Part shown: positions 56,867-64,000 of the stretch, piece after piece
Layout: each line of letters starts with the position of its first letter
How positions within the stretch are numbered: the first letter of the stretch is position 1
Translations under genes and position numbers: made by a program
Notes under the pieces: model-generated
What the model was told of the DNA's origin: nothing
The model's input: only the letters and a program-made list of their open reading frames with translations
The model's database searches: none
From: Thermoproteota archaeon
GTDB lineage: Archaea; Korarchaeota; Korarchaeia; Korarchaeales; Korarchaeaceae
Direction: 5' to 3'
DNA: 64,000 nt
Assembly (NCBI GenBank): GCA_026986575.1
Contig: JALSOH010000009.1
Location: forward strand, 203,444 to 267,443

Positions 56867-58087
56867 ATGCGTTCTACCACATTCCTCCTTGTCCTACTCC
56901 TTCTCATTCCCGTAATCGAAGCACTGGCAATTCATCCGGAGAAAACCCTGAGCGCCACCCTCACCTTGGATGAGGATCGAGAGGATATAACCCCAACGGG
57001 TTTCAGATTCGCCCTTGAGATCTTTTACCCAGATGGTACGCGTCGTGCATATATAGGGGATCAGATCCCATCCTCTGTAACTGTCCCTGCAGGCTCCGAA
57101 GTCGCTCTCCATTTAGCTGCAAGTGTGAATGAGAAGGGCACCTATACTGTAAATAGCAGGGCTTATACCATCACCGATCTGCCAGCTGACCAGGCTCAAG
57201 ATGAGAGAAGCAATTTAGATGTCAGTGCTATTGCCACCCAAAGGGACGGACGCATCTCTGCCTCATCCCGGATTCTTGAATGCAGTCCTGGCATAAGATA
57301 CAGGCTCTCAGTGAGTTATAGTGAGAGACATGAGAGCTGGGGAGGATCCGGGGGTAGGGACTTGACTGTAAGCTGCTCCTCCTTCTTAACTATGACTCTG
57401 ATCAGTCCCACATCTTCATCCACATCGGGGAGCTCTACCACCAGTCCCCCATCGACCTCGCCCCCGGGGACGGGTTCACCTGCCCGAACCTCATCCACCA
57501 CGGGAACATCCCATACAAACACGGAATCAACCCCTTCGAGGACCTCCAGTACAGAAGCTGGCCTCTCACTCAACCCATCCCATCGGGAGGTGAGCGCAGG
57601 TGATGTGGCCCATTATGACTTCTGCACTCCCCTGAGCAATCCCTCCTTCAGGATAGAGGGGTTGCCCACTGGCTACAGATACGTCATATCCAAGGAGGGG
57701 AGCTGTTACAGGCTGAAGATATTCACCCATCCCCTCTCCTACGGGAGGTTCGATATGACCTTGGTCGTGAGGTCCGGGGGCAGCGAGGAGAGAGCTGATT
57801 TCTCCGTGCTGGTGAGGAAGGCTACCACCAGCGCGGCATCTGCTCCTTCGCCTGCACCCTCATCCACTCCAACGAGTAGCATTGAGACGACTCAGGAGAA
57901 CCCCCAGAGGTCGGAATGGACAGGTCAGCTTCCCACCAGCTCGACCACTGCTCTCACACTTACCCCCGCAGTCACCACCGTAACAGTCGTGGAGGAGAGT
58001 TCTCCCGAGTACATGATCGCTCTAGGTGGACTGGCAGGTATGCTGGCAATATTGACGATTCTCCTCCTGGCTGTGAGGAGGAGATGA
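56867..58087 (+). CDS. Membrane-anchored surface protein, paralog family (member D)
   Basis: MRSTT signal; conserved module nearly identical to member A; TTVTVVEE followed by TM helix and RRR. Confidence 0.8.
   Translation: MRSTTFLLVLLLLIPVIEALAIHPEKTLSATLTLDEDREDITPTGFRFALEIFYPDGTRRAYIGDQIPSSVTVPAGSEVALHLAASVNEKGTYTVNSRAYTITDLPADQAQDERSNLDVSAIATQRDGRISASSRILECSPGIRYRLSVSYSERHESWGGSGGRDLTVSCSSFLTMTLISPTSSSTSGSSTTSPPSTSPPGTGSPARTSSTTGTSHTNTESTPSRTSSTEAGLSLNPSHREVSAGDVAHYDFCTPLSNPSFRIEGLPTGYRYVISKEGSCYRLKIFTHPLSYGRFDMTLVVRSGGSEERADFSVLVRKATTSAASAPSPAPSSTPTSSIETTQENPQRSEWTGQLPTSSTTALTLTPAVTTVTVVEESSPEYMIALGGLAGMLAILTILLLAVRRR
57617..57835 (+). repeat. 219-bp near-identical cassette shared with 25491..25709
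   Basis: Direct manual alignment, about 7 mismatches. Confidence 0.9.
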
Positions 58088-58290
58088 TCTCCATCTTCCC
58101 CCTTATTCTCCTACTGGGCGATGGAAGGGATTCCTCTTGGTGGGAATCTCGGTAGTACATTCAAGGAGTCAGGGAGATTCTATCTTCCACTGAAACCACT
58201 TAAGGAATTAAGCCGGGCCCGATTTTCAATTAGATCCAATGTGCAATGAATTTAAGTTCACCTATCTCCTCCTTGGCCTCGATCCATCGG

Positions 58291-58659
58291 CTATTCATCA
58301 ACTTCCCTCCACTCGCCCTTGAGGAACCTCCCATACCACCTCTTCCAATCGTCTTCACTCACTATATGGATCTCGAAGGGGTGGAAGAGGCCCAATTCCT
58401 CCCTGATCTTGCATCTGAACGCAATCCTCTCCTCCACAGAGGGCCTCCTCTTCAGCACCACGGCCACATCTATGTCACTTTGGGGCCTGTAATCTCCTCT
58501 GAGGACGCTCCCGAACAGGTAAACCCTGACATCCGTGCCGAAATGCTCTTCCGCCACCTTCTTTATGGTGCGGAGATGAACCTCCAGTTTCTTCCTGTAC
58601 TTCTCGATCGTCTCAGCTGATCTCTTAGCTATCTCAATGAAGCTCATCCTTGAACTCAT
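58291..58659 (-). CDS. Minimal nucleotidyltransferase (MNT)
   Basis: VYLFGSVLRGDYRPQSDIDVAV...PFEIHIV. Confidence 0.9.
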   Translation of the reverse strand: MSSRMSFIEIAKRSAETIEKYRKKLEVHLRTIKKVAEEHFGTDVRVYLFGSVLRGDYRPQSDIDVAVVLKRRPSVEERIAFRCKIREELGLFHPFEIHIVSEDDWKRWYGRFLKGEWREVDE

Positions 58660-59005
58660 GTTTGAACCTCTCCAAGAACTTCAGGGCCTCCTCAGCGGTC
58701 TCCCTTCCATATTCCACATCGAGGTATTTGCTTCCCACGTAGGCCTCCGTCAGCAGATCAACCATGATCCTGTTCTCCGATAAGAACGCTATCACTCTTT
58801 CACCTAAGACGGAAGAGAGGGCCTCTATCAAGCGGACGAGCCCGTGCGTCTTGGGGAAGTCGCCCACCTTATTAGCCAATATGTATTTGAGGTATAACTG
58901 CAGAGCCTGCTCCACGAAGAGGAGGGTGAAGTTGTAGTTGCCCTTCTTGAAGGCTTCCTTAGCTTCCTCCTCGAATTGTTCCGCCCTTCTCCTGAGGAAT
59001 TCCAT
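58634..59005 (-). CDS. HEPN domain protein
   Basis: EQALQLYLKY...GDFPKTH...AYVGSKY. Confidence 0.88.
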   Translation of the reverse strand: MEFLRRRAEQFEEEAKEAFKKGNYNFTLLFVEQALQLYLKYILANKVGDFPKTHGLVRLIEALSSVLGERVIAFLSENRIMVDLLTEAYVGSKYLDVEYGRETAEEALKFLERFKHEFKDELH

Positions 59006-59072
59006 CGATTGTATGAGCTGTTGAGGGTTATTAAGTACGCGCTATAGACCTCCCTCCTCGAACTCCTCCAGC

Positions 59073-59108
59073 TTCTGTAAGGGGCATCAGTTCTGTAAGG
59101 GGCATCAG
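59073..59108 (+). repeat. 18-bp perfect tandem duplication
   Basis: TTCTGTAAGGGGCATCAG twice in a row. Confidence 0.9.
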
Positions 59109-59328
59109 GTCTGAGAGAAGCTAATGTCTCCGCGTGCTTTCTACGGGGCTGATGATATCCCTTTTGGAATATAGCTAATCAGCCCAAGTCTCGTGTGACC
59201 ATAAGGCTATTCGGTGTTCTGAGATCGATGACATCGCACTAACCTCTCTTTCACCATCCAATAGGATTTTGAAATTCGCGGCAATCGATGTTAATAACCT
59301 CCACCAGATCTCCCGTGAATAGATTCCG

Positions 59329-60681
59329 ATGAGAACCTTCTATGCTATCTTGCTGGGAGCGTTGATCGTCGGAGGGATGATCCTCTTCGATCTCGCGAGA
59401 GCCGCCAGCGCTGCCCAGAGCTTGAAGGTTGAGAACGTTCGATTAGCCGATCTGGGAGTAGATGTAGAGTGGAAGTTCAAGGTGGGGATACCCCCCGTGG
59501 AGCCCGTCATCAGGAAAGTGAATCTGAAGATATCCATGCTCCTCAAGAACCCGACGGATTACACACTCAGGGTCCGGGAGCTGAACTACAGCCTACGGCT
59601 TAATGGCAGATCGGTCGCCTCCGGCCGTTTGGAAGATGTCCTCATTCCCCCAGGAGAGAAGACCATCGATCTCCCCATCTCCATAGATCTACAAGAGGCG
59701 ATTTCAGTCGTCCTTGAGGAAGCGACCTCAGCTATTAGGAGCGGGACCACATCCCTCAACTTTAAATACGAGGTTGAGGGCACGGCCAAGCTCCCACTGA
59801 CGGTTCTCGGACTGGAAATACCGGGTTCTGAGGTCACGGTTCCCTTCCTTAAGGTTGGCTCGTACAGGTACTCCCTTGGCATCCCCTCACCACCCCAATC
59901 CCGAGAATACAGCCAGCCGGTGAGTGAGCCTCAGGGTACCGTAATCGTCGCGAAGTACGGTTGGTTCATCGATAGTGTTTTCGCGTCATCAGCCCGTCCG
60001 GGATCGATGGTCAAGGCGGGCGTTCTCATCAGGGCTCGGGGCAATGTGGAAGGCACTGTGACCCTCGAAATCAGGAGAGACCTGAAATACCTCCCCGACT
60101 CCGTCGCCGCCCGAAAGAACTTCTACGTCAGCTTGAGTAACGGGGAGGAGAGAGCCCTCTACTTGGAGTTCACCGCGGATAGATCGAGCAGCCTCAGAGG
60201 CTACTATATGAAAGTGTACTTCAACGGCTCCCCCGTGTGGGAGATGGAGAACAGCTACCCTCCCAGACTGCCCGTGGAAAGCCCAGCGATCCAGAAGGCT
60301 CCGACGTTGACCGTAACTGGAGGGGGAGGTGGTACCCTGACCGTTGAGAGATACGGATGGCTGGAGGGAGGACGACAGGTCTATAGAGCGCCGAGCGGGA
60401 GTCTCATCACCGCTGCAGTGATGGTGAGGGCGAGCAGTGGGGATGTGGAGGGAACCGTGACCTTGGAAGTGAGGGAGGATTTGAGGTTCAGACCTGACAA
60501 GGCCGCAGCCGTCAGGAAGCTCTGGGTGCACTTGCGAGAAGGTGAGAGTTCGTTCCTCTCCTTGAGCTTCGTAGTGGGGAATGGGATAACACTGAGGGGC
60601 TACTACATGAAAGTGTACTTCAACGGAGTCCTCATCTGGGAGATGAACGAAGGCTATCCTCCAAGGCTGAAAGCTGGCTGA
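59329..60681 (+). CDS. Membrane-anchored LEA_2/WHy-domain protein with duplicated C-terminal beta domain
   Basis: KNPTDY.L....L.Y.L.LNG..VASG (LEA_2); two copies of YGW...GTVTLE.R.DL...PD...LRGYYMKVYFNG...WEM...YPPRL. Confidence 0.75.
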   Translation: MRTFYAILLGALIVGGMILFDLARAASAAQSLKVENVRLADLGVDVEWKFKVGIPPVEPVIRKVNLKISMLLKNPTDYTLRVRELNYSLRLNGRSVASGRLEDVLIPPGEKTIDLPISIDLQEAISVVLEEATSAIRSGTTSLNFKYEVEGTAKLPLTVLGLEIPGSEVTVPFLKVGSYRYSLGIPSPPQSREYSQPVSEPQGTVIVAKYGWFIDSVFASSARPGSMVKAGVLIRARGNVEGTVTLEIRRDLKYLPDSVAARKNFYVSLSNGEERALYLEFTADRSSSLRGYYMKVYFNGSPVWEMENSYPPRLPVESPAIQKAPTLTVTGGGGGTLTVERYGWLEGGRQVYRAPSGSLITAAVMVRASSGDVEGTVTLEVREDLRFRPDKAAAVRKLWVHLREGESSFLSLSFVVGNGITLRGYYMKVYFNGVLIWEMNEGYPPRLKAG

Positions 60682-60889
60682 TCTGAACGCTATATCGATC
60701 CTTACAAAGCTAACATCCCTTTTCGAGAGCCATGAGTGGAGATAAAAGGAAGAATTGTGAAGGAAAACGTTGAGGAAGCAGATGAGGATAAGGGAGTTCA
60801 AGGCAGAGTCGGTCAGTAGAGGGCTAACTCTTTCCCGAGCGTTTGAAGGGGCGGTCAGATGTGGCTTGATCTGAAAGACAAGCTCCCGA

Positions 60890-61080
60890 TACGGAGCAGG
60901 ATGTCAATAACCTGGCGTACGAGTCCCTCGAGGAAGAGCTGAGGAAGCAGGAGGGTAGGTACGCGGTCGTCGCGAGGGGAAAGTTGGTCGTCTCTTCGAC
61001 TCTCTGAAAGAAGTGGTATCTGCTCTCAAGGGCCTAAGGCCCCTGATCAGAAACGCTGGTCGTGAAGATAGTGGGAAGAT
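60890..61080 (+). pseudogene. Frameshifted DUF5678-like remnant
   Basis: TEQDVNNLAYESLEEELRKQEGRYAVVARGKLV then LFDSLKEV in a different frame. Boundaries approximate. Confidence 0.4.
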
Positions 61081-61370
61081 GGCCGCACGCGTTCTGCTGG
61101 GTGATGAGAGGATCGAAACTTATGTGAAATCCTCGCTGGTGGGAAGAATAAGATGATAGTGGAGAGAGGTGTTGAGGTTCTTCCGCCTCCCAATGAACGG
61201 CCCGGAGCAGGAGACCTGCATTGCCGTCCCAGAGAAGTAGGTTTCCCGCCCGCGCGGGACTCTTGTAAATTCCTTTATACCTCGACGAGTTCTAGCCTAA
61301 CCGAGGGAGGACGGGATGGCCCAGTGATTGATTCCCCTCGAACCTCTTGGAGTCAAGGATATAAACCTGC

Positions 61371-61649
61371 ATGAACTCGATGGAAATGGAGGTCTTGATG
61401 GTAGAACTCAAAGAGGTCTTGGAGAAGGAGCGCCTCCCATATCCCGACAGGGAAAGGCTGTTCATCGTATTGGGGCTCCTACTGAACGGTAGAATATCCT
61501 CGGGTAAGGCTGCCGAGCTCTTGGACCTGAGAATAGATGAGTTCTGGAACTTATTGCGAAAACTGGGCGTGAAATACGACCTCCTCGACGAAGAAGAGAT
61601 AGAGGAGGAGATTGATGTCTACAGGAAGGTCTTTGAGAGTGGTTCTTGA
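61371..61649 (+). CDS. UPF0175-family antitoxin-like protein
   Basis: GRISSGKAAELL....EF..LL...GV motif. Confidence 0.8.
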   Translation: MNSMEMEVLMVELKEVLEKERLPYPDRERLFIVLGLLLNGRISSGKAAELLDLRIDEFWNLLRKLGVKYDLLDEEEIEEEIDVYRKVFESGS

Positions 61650-61950
61650 TACGTCTCCACTCATCGTACTCTCCAAGCTTGGTCTATTGAAGGAAGGCAT
61701 CGAGTTATTTGAGGAAGTGGAGATACCTACAGGAGTCTTGAAAGAGGTAATGAGGAATCGCGCGAGATGACAAAAGGGCGCGTAGGATAGCCAGGGAATT
61801 GGGGCAAACTGTTCTCGGATCACTATCTATACTCAAGAAGCTGGTTAGAGAAGACACGAGAATGTCCCTTAACACATTATACCGGCGTTTGATTGAGATT
61901 GGGTTCTATGTAGACAGGAGATTATTTGATGAGCTGTTCTCAGGCCTTAG
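61633..61950 (+). pseudogene. DUF3368/PIN-like gene with internal deletion
   Basis: MRVVLDTSPLIVLSKLGLL...EV stops at 61770; DKRARRIARELG.TVLGSLSIL continues in another frame. Confidence 0.65.
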
Positions 61951-62146
61951 GTGACAGTGTGTCCACTCATTTATGTCCGGAAACCAGAAATTTCCGGACA
62001 ACTGAAGTAACATATAACCACCCTATGGGATGATACTTAATCTTCAATAAACCACAAAAATTCATGTTAGCAACTAAACCTTCCCCTCCACAAATTTAAA
62101 TCGGATCATTAAGAGTAAAAGCTGGTTGAAATCTGAGGTGAACCAT

Positions 62147-63292
62147 ATGGATATCAAGATTAGCATGTTCAAGTCGATTGGAGATACTATAGATCTTGAT
62201 ATAGCCCCTTTAACTGTACTTTTGGGCCCTCCTGCCAGTGGTAAGTCGAATATTTTGGACGCGATTGCTCTACTAGGGTATTTCAATAGGATTACATTAG
62301 TGAAAGAGGAGTACGGTGATAATCCTGCGAATTTTGAACCACTTCATCTAATAACTCGATTTAGTGAGCATCCTCAATTGTTCAACTATAACAATTTGGT
62401 TAGGAAAATCAAAATTGAAATAAAAGATCAGAACATCCATCAATTTTTAAACTTATTTTATAAAGGCGGTAAATTAAATGTGGTATTAAATGGTACTCCA
62501 ATACCATGGGATCTAAAATCCATTCAGCCTAACATATTCCAAGGGATCTTAGATTCTATTAAAAGATTTGGGAAGAATGGATTCTATGAATCAAGGCTTT
62601 ATGGATACGATAGATATGGTCTTTCAACAAATTCGTGTATCTCTCCACAGATATGTGGCTTTCATTTACGTCTGAAAAATAATCAACCTAAATCCTTCCC
62701 TAAAAATATCTTAAGTGAATTTGGATGGAATGCTCCATCTATTATAAGAACGGTTCACGACGTTATAATAGCAATAAATAGGAAACTGAGAGATCAATTA
62801 GATGAAGAAGTGGATTTAAAAGTCTTAAAATCTGGGGAAGTGGTAATATTCGACTATGGTTTTGAAATTGATTCAACGGCTGTCTCAGACTCCATTTTCC
62901 GCATTCTGTACTATGTAATTTCACTTCGTTCCGCGTTAAACTATACGAAGATGTATGGTCTTGAGAAAAGATTTATACTTTTACTAGAGGAGCCTGAAGC
63001 TCATATTTTCCCCTTCTTCCTAGACTTGCTAGTGAAATACATAGAAGAAGCCATGAAGGAGTTATATATCGTTATAGCTACACACAATCCCATTTTTGTT
63101 TCTATGCTTTGGGATAAAATCGAGAAAGTGAACACAATTTATGTTACTAGGAACAAAAACGGCCTGTCGACTGCCCTCAAATTGAATATAGAAAAACTAG
63201 CTAAGGAAATGAGGACAGCAGAGGACATACTCTTCATGCCGCCTGAGAAGATCCTTAAAGCTTACACGGAGGGCAAAGTAGATGAAAGATAG
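62147..63292 (+). CDS. ABC-like ATPase (AAA_15/AAA_21-type)
   Basis: FKSI, Walker A GPPASGKS, Walker B LLLEEPEAH, H-loop ATHNP; AT-rich DNA. Confidence 0.85.
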   Translation: MDIKISMFKSIGDTIDLDIAPLTVLLGPPASGKSNILDAIALLGYFNRITLVKEEYGDNPANFEPLHLITRFSEHPQLFNYNNLVRKIKIEIKDQNIHQFLNLFYKGGKLNVVLNGTPIPWDLKSIQPNIFQGILDSIKRFGKNGFYESRLYGYDRYGLSTNSCISPQICGFHLRLKNNQPKSFPKNILSEFGWNAPSIIRTVHDVIIAINRKLRDQLDEEVDLKVLKSGEVVIFDYGFEIDSTAVSDSIFRILYYVISLRSALNYTKMYGLEKRFILLLEEPEAHIFPFFLDLLVKYIEEAMKELYIVIATHNPIFVSMLWDKIEKVNTIYVTRNKNGLSTALKLNIEKLAKEMRTAEDILFMPPEKILKAYTEGKVDER

Positions 63293-63794
63293 GCCAAACA
63301 TGTTGATATTGGCGGAATGTTGTGCTAATCATTACATTGCGAAGCGTATGCTGGATATGCTCAATGAGGTGTTTAGTTTCAAAGCAAAGCTTAGACATAA
63401 TTTTAGGCAGGGAAGGGACAGAATATTGAGCAATATTGAGAGAATAATTAAAGAATCTGAAAATTATAGAATCTTTGCTGTAATAGATTTTGAGAAAGGG
63501 GAAGTAGCGAGAAAATATATTAATGCTTACTTCATATTACATAAAATAGATGACCGCATTCTGTTAGGTGTTAGTAAAAAATACAGCAACAAAGTGACAG
63601 CAATAATATTCGACCCTAACATAGAGGAAGCATTCCTCTGCCCCATCTTAAGAGAAATATGTTCTGATAGATCTAAATTCGATTTAGTTAAAAGCAGTAA
63701 GTGTGAGGATTATCTCAGTAAAGTAATAGATAGGAATTCTCTATTCCAGGAAAAATTACAAAAAATTGTGAATGAACTAATCACTCGGATTTAA
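63282..63794 (+). CDS. Hypothetical protein, possibly TOPRIM-like partner of the ATPase
   Basis: Overlaps the ATPase stop; LILAE near the N-terminus, AVIDFE and PNIEE acidic motifs. Confidence 0.6.
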   Translation: MKDRPNMLILAECCANHYIAKRMLDMLNEVFSFKAKLRHNFRQGRDRILSNIERIIKESENYRIFAVIDFEKGEVARKYINAYFILHKIDDRILLGVSKKYSNKVTAIIFDPNIEEAFLCPILREICSDRSKFDLVKSSKCEDYLSKVIDRNSLFQEKLQKIVNELITRI

Positions 63795-64000
63795 TTTTGG
63801 TGTGAGTTGAATCGAATTATATTGCATTGATGCTAGATAAAATAAGGATCAAACTTTTAATATCTAAGAAATATTTTACTGTGGTACTATTAGAGTTTTA
63901 AAAATAATGATGAAGATAAGCGCGGACTCTTGGACTTTGAAGGCTAAAAAAGAGACACGTGCGCACATTAATAAGTGCTATTTTCAATTCTAGCAGTTCT

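Noticed and set aside
25491-57835. Near-identical repeat pair as a diversity-generating retroelement template/variable repeat
   Set aside because: No reverse transcriptase in the window, the mismatches include C/T changes rather than being adenine-specific, and both copies are coding and mid-gene.
59073-59108. 18-bp repeat as a mini CRISPR array
   Set aside because: Two adjacent copies with no spacer and no cas genes; a simple tandem duplication.
1-64000. tRNA, rRNA, IS elements, integrase or provirus
   Set aside because: No cloverleaf or T-loop signatures and no transposase, integrase or capsid-like ORFs recognised by eye; tRNAscan-SE and Infernal would be needed to exclude them formally.

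Overview
This is a gene-dense archaeal window. GGTGA-type ribosome-binding sites, TATA-like promoters, AGG/ATA-rich codons and the gene content point to a hyperthermophile, possibly Korarchaeota-like (inference). I found no rRNA, tRNA, CRISPR array or transposase. Main content: (1) many secreted or cell-surface proteins, including three paralogous families: four proteins share a ~150-aa C-terminal S-layer/CWB2-like domain, four membrane-anchored proteins share a mosaic near-identical ~220-bp cassette, and two are beta-propellers; (2) a sulfur-handling cluster (SQR-like, DUF1641, CBS, TusA-like, SufS, peroxiredoxin, YeeE/YedE); (3) redox genes (tungsten-type AOR, Tat-exported split-Soret-type cytochrome c plus cytochrome b, two radical SAM/SPASM enzymes); (4) a ComA-wHTH fusion and a DUF2099 (methanogenesis marker 8) protein; (5) a polar amino-acid ABC transporter plus MFS, APC and ZIP transporters; (6) many toxin-antitoxin modules, several decayed, an orphan amino-methyltransferase, and an AT-rich ATPase plus TOPRIM-like pair at the right end. 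All family calls come from motif recognition, not database searches.
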